Origin: Eledone cirrhosa
Lineage: Eukaryota
Assembly: GCA_964016885.1 (NCBI GenBank)
Contig: OZ024765.1
Location: 10,912,001 to 10,976,000 of the forward strand
Length of the DNA stretch: 64,000 nt
Direction: 5' to 3'
Made by a program: the position numbers and the translations under genes. Position 1 is the stretch's first letter, and every line of letters begins with the position of its first letter. This document shows, piece by piece, positions 1 to 11,420 of this stretch. The notes below the pieces were generated by a model. The model did not search any database. It saw only the letters and a list, made by a program, of their open reading frames with translations, and was not told where the DNA came from.

Positions 1-295
1 TAATATATATGACTAACACATGTGCACTCTCTACACGCTTGCATATGTACTGCTAGTGTCTTCATTCTTTCTCAATGTCTCTTTAATTATTAGACTATTC
101 TCTTCTATTATCTGTTGCATGTATTCCACTCTCTGCTTTTAATTTTAATTTGAATTTTTGTACAAATCTCGTATAATATATGTAGCATCCATTCCACCCT
201 GTAAATACTAAACTGTTGTTCACAACATCAATATATATGTATCTGTATGATTGTTCAGTTGATTAGGAGGTTAAATTATATGTACAAACATTGAT

Positions 296-347
296 AATGC
301 TCCGATGACTCCAAACGAAAGTTTGGAAGAAACAATTGTCAGCGATT
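296..347 (+). ncRNA. Minimal type I hammerhead ribozyme-like motif (Penelope-like element type), possibly degenerate
   Basis: Stem I aat-gct/agc-(g)-att; core CCGATGA (302-308, U4->C); perfect stem II tccaaac-GAAA-gtttgga; GAAA (329-332); short palindromic stem III C-AATT-G; cleavage triplet GTC (338-340). This matches the minimal hammerhead layout known from Penelope-like retroelements. Confidence 0.65.
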
Positions 348-876
348 AAATGATTTGAACATAACTTTGATATTTGTGTAATTTATATTCCTGCTCTGTA
401 AAACACCTGATGTTTTTACATTGAGCTATTTCTCTTACTGGTAATAAGGTAGTAATATATTACTGACCTTTCCTGTTTATAGTATATACATAACTATAAA
501 TAACACCATTACTATTATTATATATATACATGTATATATATACATAGAAAATGGAAAACTAAGAAAAGTAAGAATAATTTCTTTCAAATTTTTGTAAATA
601 AATCCAGTTTTTCATTAACTTTGCAACTTTTTAAGCAGAAAAATCCTTCAGAACAAACATCCATAGAGATGCGGAAAAAGGAATTTTGAAGTGGAGTGAT
701 TGGATAGCTATTAGTGAAAAGACAAGTTTTGTGTAAATCAGACCACAGGTTCCCGAGATACAGTTTTTTTGTGGGTACTTTGAACTATTGATGACCCAAC
801 GGTTCACGAGTAGTCTAGTATATACCTATTTTAAGAAATTAACTAAAGTTTCTCTCTCTATATATAAATCAACAAT

Positions 877-990
877 TACATGGGAGGAGGAGGTGGTGAG
901 AGCTGACCTCAGATAGTTCAAGCTCACAGAGGAGATAACGACCCAACCCACCTTTGCAAGCCAGGAAAAAGTGGATGTAAGATGTTGATG
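877..990 (+). mobile_element. RTE-clade LINE 3' end remnant
   Basis: Translates TWEEEVVRADLR*FKLTEEI, resembling the RTE ORF C-terminus (TW..VV..DL), followed by a ggaaaaagtggatgtaagatgttgatga tail. Confidence 0.5.
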
Positions 991-1899
991 ACAGCAGCTA
1001 AATATTCTCCACAGAGGAAACGACTTCCATCTTTGAAGAAGCTAAATAAATTGTGAAATGAAAAAAGAATAAACCAAATTTTTTCTTTGTTGCTTCATTA
1101 TTTCTTTTGTGTATATCTATATATAGTATCTAGAGACACACACCCAGCTACCTTTATTTATACAATATAAATGCTGTTCACTAAACACAGGCATGTAATT
1201 ATATACCTCTTCTTCTTAGAAACTAAATCACTCTATACGTACAGCTTCATTCTTCTTTGCTCTATAGAAGATGTCTATTTAAATGTAGTTGTACATACAT
1301 ATACACCTGATGTAAGAAACTTTTCCTTTTCTATTTATAAACCCCCTTCTCTAGATACAGTATATATATACACATAGCTATATTTTTCTCTATATAACTT
1401 TACATATATATACCTCGTGTAGGAAACTACTACTACTATTCCTGTGTATATATACTTACCTCTTCTTTTATTATATATGTATACCTTCTCTATACAGGAA
1501 GAAATACATACATCTTCTTTACACAGGAAAGTACTACTACTGTCTTCTCTAGGGAATAAAAGAAATTAAATAAATAAATAAAACAGGTTTTTGTTGTTGA
1601 TCTTTTTTATTTCTTCAAACTGTGTATATATATATACACACAACTGCAGGCTGACCACGATACTCTCATGGAATGACCAGATCAGGTTTATTATTCAACA
1701 TCCCTGGAAAGAGATATTAATAAAAAGTAAGAGTTTAAATTAATGTATGCAAGATCTAGAGAGAGAAGAAGCTAAACCTCTAGAGACACATCGAGTTAGA
1801 TAACCAAGCCTTCTATACATAATACACACATAAACTTTCTTCATCTAGAGCGTAATAAATAAACAAAACTAAATCTCTACACAAGAAAATAGTACCTTG

Positions 1900-2210
1900 T
1901 TTGTTTTGACGTTGCTTCGTAGTCTAATCCTGAATCTTACAATTCCTTTCTGACCTTTTCCACCATTCTCCTGCTGACGCTGAGAAAGTCTGAAATTTCC
2001 TTATTTGTCTTCCCGGCGCGGATTCCAAGAAGAACCCCGTGTCTCTTCCACAAATTTGGAGGTTCAAAATTATTCATAATCAGTTATTCTGCAAATAAAT
2101 AATGGAAATATAGTCACTGTTTTTATGAAGACAAGAGTGACAACAGAAATAAAAAAAATTTGCATAAAATTAGTAGTTGAAAATTGCGAACAAATATCCT
2201 CCGCACCCTG
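1900..2210 (-). mobile_element. Truncated Tc1/mariner-superfamily (maT/DD37D-like) transposon: left TIR plus transposase N-terminus
   Basis: Minus strand begins TA|CAGGGTGCGG (TA target, CAGGGTG TIR tip). ATG at 2077 gives MNNFEPPNLWKRHGVLLGIRAGKTNKEISDFLSVSRRMVEKVRKEL*DSGLDYEATS, an HTH-type transposase start with a premature stop. Absent from the opposite palindrome arm. Confidence 0.8.
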
Positions 2211-2342
2211 TATATAACAAATTATAAGTGTGTATATGTAGTGGAACACTTACTAACGAGTCTGTCTTCTACCTTCATGATGAATTAGCCAAATGTAGCA
2301 GTATTAAGTAGAAGCCTACTTCTAATCATTTAAGAGGATCTG

Positions 2343-2450
2343 AAGTGTGCAAGAGAGAAGACTGAGTTGGTACAGACATATGGTTGAAGAAATGCCAGGA
2401 AGCCACAGTAAAGGTAGATCTGGAGGAGGTGACCTCAAATTGCTGAGGTT
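2343..2450 (+). mobile_element. RTE-clade LINE fragment (also mirrored at ~5375-5480 minus and repeated at ~9733-9790)
   Basis: VQERRLSWYRHM resembles the RTE motif RRLRWxGHV; degenerate. Confidence 0.5.
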
Positions 2451-3244
2451 CCCAGGGATGAAGCAACTCGAGGTAAGATCGATGATGATACAATATCTAA
2501 AGATAATAAAATGTAGCTACTGTGTGTATGGGGAAAAGGTTTGGTTATATTTCATAGAAGGTATGTATATATAGTGTCGAGAGAAGGCTTAGTTTGTTAG
2601 AAGAGGTAGCTATGTACCTCTATGAATATATAGAGGGAAGATTTAGTTTAAATTCTTAGAAGAAAAGGTGTATATGAGTACATGTGTCTAGAGGGTAGGC
2701 TTTATGAAGAGAAGATTTGTTTTGAGGAGAAAAAAAGGAAAGGTATAATTCTTAGAAGAAAAAAGTTTTAGGTATGATTCTTAGAAAAACGTTTATATGT
2801 ATAAAGTAGGTAGGAAATATAGGACCCTGCTTAATATATAAAGGAGGAGGCATACACTCTATACGATGTAATGGAAAGACTGTGTGCAGAGGGATAATAA
2901 AAGTGGTTGAGAGCTACATCCACTGTTGATAAGGGGTTTATTTACTTACAAAAGGACGCCTGTGTCCAATGGTAGGAGAGAAATGAAGCTAAGATGCTTC
3001 GTTGGGTGTTAATGTGAAAGATATAGTGAAGATCATAAAATGTAAGTGTATATAGAGGTTTAGTTTAGAAGAGGTATGTATATAATGTCGAGAGAATATT
3101 TAGTTTTGATTCTCAGAACTGCTATGTTAGTACATGTATATAGTGTGTGTGTGTATAGAGGGAGAAAGAAGAAGAAGAAAAAAGAGATGTATGGATTTAG
3201 AGAAGGTTTAGTTATGGCAATATATATATGTGTAGTGAAGAACA

Positions 3245-3275
<31 letters not shown>

Positions 3276-4559
3276 CTAAAAATGAAAGGTTTCTTCCAGT
3301 ATAGACAAGATAGTAAAGTGTATTTTCGTGTCTCAGGAATATCTGCGAGTGTTTAGCAATGAACTGAAGTATACACGGTAAATAAAACATTACAAACCTC
3401 TTTCCCCGAATACAATATCCAGAACGATGTTACCGGCTCAATTCAGTAATGAAGATTGTCAAGAAAACAGAAGAGTTCCAATAAGGGGGAAGTAATTCTA
3501 ATAAACTTATTATTTCAGACGATCCCGTAACAAGTTGAAAGCAGAGATTCTTTACTTAAACTTTAATTTGTACTATTAATAAATCAATAAACATATATAT
3601 TTATGTATGTATACATATATACATACATAATGTTACTTTGACTGCTATTTCTAGTGTATTTATTGTTGTTTTTATGAAAAATACAAAAACCGGAAGTGAA
3701 AAAATTGAAAATACTTTGGTCAAAATCAGGCAAACTTTTTTAAACAAAAGGATTTCTTTTGTAAACAAACTTGAAATTTTTGCCAAGAAAGATAACTCTT
3801 GCCTGACTTAAACGCAAAATTTGATGCAAAAATTTTGCGTGTGTGCAAATTATAGATACTAGCATGTCCTTATTTTGTCTTGTTTTGCGGCTTTGGGCTA
3901 CTATTTCTAGCACGTATGTATGGACACTTTAGAAAGAGCAACCAAAAGCCGCAAAACAAGATAAAATAAGAAGGACTAGCTAGTATCTATAAATTGCACA
4001 CACGCAAAATTTTTGCATCAATTTTTGCGTTTACGTCAGGCAAGAGTTATCTTTCTTGGCAAAAATTTCAAGTTTGTTTACAAAAAAAATCCTTTTGTTT
4101 AAAAAAGTTTGCCTGATTTTGACCAAAGTATTTTCAATTTTTTCACTTCCGGTTTCTGTATTTTTCATAAAAAAACAACAATAAATACACTAGAAATAGC
4201 AGTCAAAGTAACATTATGTATGTATATATGTATACATACATAAATATATGTTTATTTATTTATTAATAGTACAAATTAAAGTTTAAGTAAAGAATCTCTG
4301 CTTTCAACTTGTTACGGGATCGTCTGAAACAATAAGTTTATTAGAATTACTTCCCCCTTATTGGAACCTTTCTGTTTTCTTGTCAGTCTTCATTACTGAA
4401 TTGAGCCGGTAACATCGTTCTGGATATTGTGTTCGGGGGAAAGAGGTTTGTAATGTTTTATTTACCGTGTATACTTCAGTTCATTGCTAAACACTCGCAG
4501 ATATTCTTGAGACACGAAAATACACTTTACTATCTTGTCTATACTGGAAGAAACCTTTC

Positions 4560-4562
<3 letters not shown>

Positions 4563-4605
<43 letters not shown>
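4563..4605. repeat. (TA)n microsatellite, expanded relative to its mirror at ~3259-3275
   Basis: Directly visible dinucleotide run. Confidence 0.95.
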
Positions 4606-4611
<6 letters not shown>

Positions 4612-6343
4612 GCACATATGTTCTTCACTACATTTATATATATATTGCCATAACTAAACCTTCTCTAAATCCATACATCTCTTTTTTCTTCTTCTTCTCT
4701 CTCTCTCTATACACACACACACTATATACATGTACTAACATAGCAGTCCTGAGAATCAAAACTAAATATTCTCTCGACATTATATACATACCTCTTCTAA
4801 ACTAAACCTCTATATACACATACATTTTATGATCTTCACTATATCTTTCACATTAACAGTCAACGAAGCATCTTAGCTTCATTTCTCTCCTACCATCGGA
4901 CACAGGCGTCCTTTTGTAAGTAAATATCTTTATCAACAGTGGGTGTAGCTCTCAACCACTTTTATTATTCCTGTGCACACAGTCTTTCCATTACATCGTA
5001 TAGAGTTTATGCCTGCTCCTTTATATATTAAGCAAGGTCCTATCTTTCGTTCTTACTTTAGACATATATAAACGTTTTTCTAAGAATCATACCTAAAACT
5101 TTTTTATACATAGGAAAATAAAGCCTACCCCTCTAGACACATTTACTCATATACACCTTTTCTTCTAAGAATTTAAACTAAATCTTCCCTCTATATATTC
5201 ATAGAGGTACATAGCTACCTCTTCTAACAAACTAAGCCTTCTCTCGACACTATATATACATACCTTCTATGAAATATAACCAAACCTTTTCCCCATACAC
5301 GCAGTAGCTACATTTTATTATCTTTAGATATTGTATTATCATCGATCTTATGTCGAGTTGCTTCATCTCTAGGAACATCAGCAATTTGAGATCACCTCCT
5401 CCAGATCTACCTTTGGTGTGGCTTCCTGGCATTTCTTCAACCATATGTCTGTACCAACTCAGTCTTCTCTCTTGCACACTTCAGATCCTCTTAAATGATT
5501 AGAAGTAGGCTTCTATTTAATACTGCTACATTTGGCTAATTCATCATGAAGGTAGAAGACGGACTCGTTAGTAAGTGTTTCACTACATCTCTTGGGTACC
5601 TATATATAGAATTATAATTTGTTATATATATATATAGCTCTCTCTGTCTGTTCACATACACACAGTTAGCCGTTTTGTTTCGGTCTATTTATCCTTTTAT
5701 GTCACATATACGTCAACACAAACAAGGTACTCGTTTCTTGTGTAGAGATTTAGTTTTGTTTATTTATTACTGTATAGTTGAAGAAAGTTTATGTCTGTAT
5801 TATGGAAAGAAGGCTTGGTTGTGTCTCTAGAGGTTTAGCTTCTCCTCTCACTAGATGTTGCATACATTAATATATACTCCTCTTACTTTTTATTAATAAC
5901 TGTTTCTTTCCAAGGATGTTGAAAAATAAACCTGATCTGGTCATTCCATGAGAGTATCTTGGTCAGCCTGCAGTTGTGTGTATATATATATACACACACA
6001 CACACAGTTTAAAGAAATAAAAAAAGGCCTACAAAAAAGTGCTTAATTTATTTAATTTCACATTTTCGTCCCTATGGAAGACAGTAGTAGTACTTTCCTG
6101 TGTAATGAAGAGGTAAGTATGTATTTTTTCCTGTATAGAGAAGGTATACATCTATATAAAACTGTAGTTGTCCACATTTCTACTCCGATTGACTTCAAAC
6201 TTGCATTTACGTATTCCTTGCGGTCTAAAGATATTAACTGCAGCTTTTAATTTTCTGTTGTTAAAAGGGGTGTTAGGCGCCGGTTATCGATCTCCGTCGC
6301 GCCCTTATAATATCTGGCTGTCTGCATAACGATATTATGACAA

Positions 6344-7282
6344 ACAAATGAGGTTTATTTTTCAACATGCAAGATTTCACAGCCCTAGCATCACTCCTTC
6401 ATAGGCTGACCAAGATACTCTCATGGAATAACCAAATGAGGTTTATTTTTCAACATGCAAGATTTCACAGCCCTAGCATCACTCCTTCATAGGCTGACCA
6501 AGATACTCTCATGGAATGACCAAATGAGGTTTATTTTTCAACATGCAAGATTTCACAGCCCTAGCATCACTCCTTCATAGGCTGACCAAGATACTCTCAT
6601 GGAATGACCAAATGAGGTTTATTTTTCAACATGCAAGATTTCACAGCTCTAGCATCACTCCTTCATAGGCTGACCAAGATACTCTCATGGAATGACTAAA
6701 TGAGGTTTATTTTTCAACATGCAATATTTCACAGCCCTAGCATCACTCCTTCATAGGCTGACCAAGATACTCTCATGGAATGACCAAATGAGGTTTATTT
6801 TTCAACATGCAAGATTTCACAGCCCTAGCATCACTCCTTCATAGGCTGACCAAGATACTCTCATGGAATGACCAAATGAGGTTTATTTTTCAACATGCAA
6901 GATTTCACAGCTCTAGCATCACTCCTTCATAGGCTGACCAAGATACTCTCATGGAATGATCAAATGAGGTTTATTTTTCAACATGCAAGATTTCACAGCT
7001 CTAGCATCACTCCTTCATAGGCTGACCAAGATACTCTCATGGAATGACCAAATGAGGTTTATCTTTCAACATGCAAGATTTCACAGCTCTAGCATCACTC
7101 CTTCATAGGCTGATCAAGATACTCTCATGGAATGACCAAATGAGGTTTATTTTTCAACATGCAAGATTTCACAGCTCTAGCATCACTCCTTCATAGGCTG
7201 ATCAAGATACTCTCATGGAATGACCAAATGAGGTTTATTTTTCAACATGCAAGATTGCACAGCCCTAGCATCACTCCTTCAT
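6344..7282 (+). repeat. 88-bp tandem minisatellite, ~10.7 copies
   Basis: The monomer aggctgaccaagatactctcatggaatgaccaaatgagg...ctccttcat starts at 6403, 6491, 6579 ... 7195 (period 88), with only scattered substitutions and no spacers. Confidence 0.97.
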
Positions 7283-7947
7283 AGTGAGCCTATGAACTTT
7301 TAAGCCTATCTTCGTATATGTAAACAATGTATTTATTTAATATACATAATTACCAAGAAATTCGAAATAATTTTTGAACCCATTTTTCTGCCCCGTTGCA
7401 CCATGGGAGGGTAATGGCTGCCTTTTATTTTTTAAACGATGGCAGATTCTTTAGTTTCTTTCGCAGCATCTTCCTTGTTCCATATAAGTAAATAATTAAA
7501 ACATTTTGTCGAGAAAGAAACTAAAAAGTTTTCCGTGGTATGAAAAAAAAAAAAAATGCAGCCATTACCCTCCCATGGTGCAACGGGGCAGGTAAATGAT
7601 TTGGCGATTTAGCGACATCAGTTCCTCAAATTTCTCCGAGCCGAAATCTCAAGAACGATAACTCTGTCTTTACTTAATCGCAAAAATGGGTTAAAAAATT
7701 ATTTCGAATTTCTTTAACAGTTTATTTAGACTATTGTTGCATGAATTAAAAACTGAATTTAAAGTATTTTTTAACTGTAGCAATAGTAATTATTTGTATA
7801 TTAAATAAATACATTGTTTACATATACGAAGGTAGGCTTAAAAGTTCATAGGCTCGCTATGAAGGAGTGATGCTAGGGCTGTGAAATCTTGCATGTTGAA
7901 AAATAAACCTCATTTGGTCAATCCATGAGAGTATCTTGGTCAGCCTA
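7194..7947. mobile_element. Non-autonomous foldback/TIR DNA transposon (MITE) nested in the Helitron
   Basis: ~158-bp TIRs (7194-7352 / 7787-7947) starting TAGGCTGACCAAG. Internal nested inverted repeats at 7357-7387/7683-7712 and 7388-7460/7512-7591. Confidence 0.8.
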
Positions 7948-9000
7948 CCCTCGTATATTATTTAGGGATATTTAGTCGCCATTTCTAGTATTTTTAACCG
8001 CCGAAGAGGGTTTTAATTAGTTTAGTGAAATATTCTAGGTTAAACTGTTGAATATGGCCATATTTGAGGGTTGTTTGACCACTAAAACTATCATTATTAA
8101 TAATATTTCTAGCATTCAGTAGACTCTTCGTTTTACCGTCTTTCATTTAAGGGAAACAACTCATTCAACTTACTATTTTGTAAAATCTTTACCTTTCACT
8201 TTACTAAGTTGCTTTCTTGATAACTTTCACAATTATACAGATTACTAATTGAGATTTTGTAGGAATACTTTAAGGTCAAAAGTAGAGAGGGTCGCAGAAG
8301 TTGATTTTTCTGAAATCAGTGTTAGTCGTTTAGTTTACATATTGAGACCCACATATATATATATTATATACATACACACGCAACAAATACCAACTAAACG
8401 GAGCATTGGCAAATGAATCTTCGAGGTAAGCTGTTAGTTCACGCGGGATTCTCTGCTACACCTTTTCGTAATACCGAACAACGTACTGCTGGTCACTCCT
8501 TCCTCCAAAAGACGTACAAGTTTCCTGTCGGTATATTTACCTGAGTTTTTAACAGGCACTCACAAATAAACGTTTCTCATTGGAGGTGCTGTTACCAATG
8601 TTCTTCTTACTCGTGCAACGCCGGGATACACTGCTCGTATATAATAAAAGAAGAGGTATGTATTTATACACAAGATATATGTATGTAAAGTTATATATAG
8701 AGAGAGAGTATCTAGAAAACGGGTTTATATAAGGGAAAAGTTTCTTACTATATAGGAGTATATATACACAGAAGGTAGTTTGTTACATCAGGTGTATATG
8801 TATGAACAGCTACATTTAAATGTACCTCGTCTATAGAGCAAAGAAGAATGTAGCTATATATAGATAAAGTTTCCTTACTGTTATAGAGAAAGAAGATGTA
8901 TATAATTACATGTCTGTGTTTAGTGAAGAACATATTGTATATATAAATGTAGCTGTATATATGTCTACATTCTATGTATATATATATATATATGCAAAAG

Positions 9001-9175
9001 AAATAATTGTTTCTACTTTTTGGCACAAGGCCAGCAATTACTCAGTGCATTACTGGTACTTTATTTTATCGACCCCGTAAGGATGAAAGGCAAAGTTAAC
9101 CTCGGCGGGATTTGAACTCAGAATGGCAAGGGCCGTAACTCTATGCGTCAAAGCATGGCGTCCGACCCTCTACCG
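9001..9175 (-). mobile_element. tRNA-derived SINE with Nin/Deu-type central domain
   Basis: Minus strand: B box gagttcaaatcc followed by gaggttaactttgcctttcatccttacggggtcgataaaataaagtaccag (Nin-domain signature). Present only in the right palindrome arm. Confidence 0.85.
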
Positions 9176-9724
9176 AGCAAAAGAAATAATGAAGCAACAA
9201 GGAAAACGTTTGGTTTATTCTTTTTTACTTCACAATTCGTTTACCTGCTTCAAAGATGGAAGTAGTAGTCTCCTGTGTGGAGAAGATGTAGCTGTCATCA
9301 TTTTACGTCTGCTTACAAGGGTGGGACAGGTCCTCTTCAGCACATCATCTCTCCTCTGAGCTTAAACGATCTAAGACGATTTACTTTCATTTATTTGAAT
9401 AATGTATATAGTATCTAATGAAGTTGATTTGTGTGTGTGTATCTCTAGATAGTATATGGCTGACATAGCAGTACGAATGCTCTAGAATAGCTTAGGCCAG
9501 TGGTTCCAAAACAGTGAGGTGGAATGATTGAAGGACAATCAAGGATTCAGAAAGAGGAAAATGTTTCTTTGTGTTGATGGTTTGTTTATCTCAAATTGGC
9601 CCAAGTAATATGGAGGAGATTACTCGTCAAAAACAAAATCGTACCTTTCATTAAATTTATGTATTTTTATCACATAAAAATTTGGTGAGGCGCGTGTAAA
9701 TTTTCATTCCTAAAATGCAAACAA

Positions 9725-10640
9725 AGGATCTGAAATGTGCAAGAGAAAAGACTGAGTTGGTACAGAAATATCGGTGAAGAAATGCCAGGAAGCAACTTTC
9801 GTAAGAAAGATGATACAGTATCTAGAGAATAAAGTTATAGAGGAGATAATAAAATGTGTGTGTGTATTGAAAGATGGTTGGGTTATATTTAATTAAAACT
9901 GTATATATATTAGTTTGTTAGGAGAGGTAAATATGAACATATAGAGAATATTTAGTTTGGTTTCTTAGAAGAGTTTGGTACATGTGGCTGCATAATATAA
10001 CTTCCGACTAGAGAAACAAAAGGGGCTCAGAGCTAGGATGGATAGGACCCTGCTTAAGATGTAAAAGAGGAGGCTTAAACTGTAGACGATGTAATGGAAA
10101 GACTGTTTGCACAAGGATAATAAAAGTGGTCGAGAGCTACACCCACTGTTGACAAGAATGGGTGTCTTTACGTACAAAACGACGCCTGTGTCCGATGGTA
10201 GGAGAGAAATGAAGCTAGAAATGCTTCGTTGTGTGTTAATGTGAAAGATATGGAGATCATAATGTGTGTGTATATGTTTTGCTTCTGAGAACTGGTGTGT
10301 TAGTACATATATATATATACATAGAGAGAGAGAGAGCAAAGTTTTGTTTCTTAAAAAAAAAGGATTTATGGATTTAGAGAAGGTTTAGTTATGGCAATAT
10401 ATATAGATAAGTGTATCTATCTAGTGAAAAATGTTTATATATAAATGTAGCTTTATGTGTGTATATATCTCTAATAAGAAAAAGTTTCTTCCAGTATAGA
10501 CAAGATAGAAAAGCGTATTTTCGTGTCTCAAGAATATCCGCGAGTGTTTAGCAATGAATTGAAGTATACACGTCAAGTAAAACATTACAAACCTCTTTCC
10601 ACGAACATAATATCCAGAACGATTTTACCGGCTCAATTCA
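9725..10640 (+). repeat. Third, more diverged copy of palindrome arm segment ~2335-3445
   Basis: Colinear matches, e.g. ggatctgaa.tgtgcaagaga (2336/9726), gacgcctgtgtcc (2955/10181), ccggctcaattca (3432/10628). Confidence 0.9.
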
Positions 10641-10929
10641 TAAAGAAAATTTAGACTTTATTTCTCATTGCTCTAGGCTTCATTTGAACCTATAATGACG
10701 CCGTCTGCAATAGTGTCATACGTCATTCCATAAGAAGCTCGTTTTTTGCTCAACATTCGATACCAAAATATGCTTCCTTTTTATAACGTCGTTGTACGAA
10801 TATAATAATTACGAATATATAATACAAGCCATGTATATACATATATATATATATATATAGCTGCTTATTAACTCTTTCCCGAAACATTTATTTCTTCAAA
10901 ATAAGGTAAGACATCTCGAAAAATATTAT

Positions 10930-11420
10930 AAGGTGTTTCAATAATTATTACATTTCAGTCAATTTCTCATTTCAGGTTTCTTTAGAAATGTCTTGGCGTT
11001 GAAAATACATATATTTGTTCTTCTCATAGTAATTAGTTTGTTTCAAAATTGTTCGTATTGTTTCCATGTTTAGTGTCACAAACTATCGTTAATTCAAGAT
11101 TTGGCTCTAATGTAATAAATGTTACTTTTAAAAGACTGAAGCTCTCAATTTTTTCTTTTTCTTGTATATTGATATCTAAAGAATGGCAACTGTGTGTGTT
11201 ATGTGATAGGAGAAAAACACGACGGCCTTCTTCCATCGCTATAGAAGGCTAACTGACAATGTCGTTCGTAGGAATGACAAGTACTCGGCAACAGTGAGCA
11301 TCACATATTTAGTGATGGTCACCTCTTACTGCCTTTTATATACCATGTTAACTGGAAAGACTTGCCAAGTATGGATACACTCTCTCCTTATCAATATTGC
11401 CCGAGTCCGAGGACATTTTC
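10930..11420. repeat. Diverged paralog of the unit's TATA-containing block, grading into the array
   Basis: Similar to ~15600-15990 (e.g. ctctaatgtaataaatgttacttttaaaagac) but with many substitutions and an extra ~39 bp beside the TATA motif. Confidence 0.85.

Larger units (their letters stand above)
6151..8637 (+). mobile_element. Non-autonomous Helitron
   Basis: 5' end A|TCTATATAAAAC. 3' subterminal GC hairpin ctcgtgcaacgccggg, then CTCG|T (CTRR-like). Inserted between A and T with no TSD; the empty site gagaaggtataca|tatataataaaag is preserved in the left arm (reverse complement of ~1461-1490). Confidence 0.85.
900..9370. repeat. Giant interrupted palindrome (inverted duplication), centre ~3920, spacer ~3910-3929
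   Basis: Mirror ORFs 2347-2574(+)/5250-5477(-) and 3208-3390(-)/4429-4653(+). Arm matches: 3400-3900 vs 3930-4440; 1465-1900 vs 5710-6150; 1150-1470 vs 8638-8960; 900-1110 vs 9180-9370. Confidence 0.95.

Noticed and set aside
1171-5477. Short ORFs in the palindrome arms
   Set aside because: Low-complexity Y/I/C-rich translations of TA/TG microsatellite-rich DNA or of LINE scraps.
6344-7282. CRISPR array
   Set aside because: Contiguous 88-bp monomers with no unique spacers, no cas genes and a eukaryotic context; the monomer is a TIR tip.
9496-9710. hAT-like element starting cagtggttccaaaac
   Set aside because: Only one TIR-like tip is visible; no matching right end or TSD.
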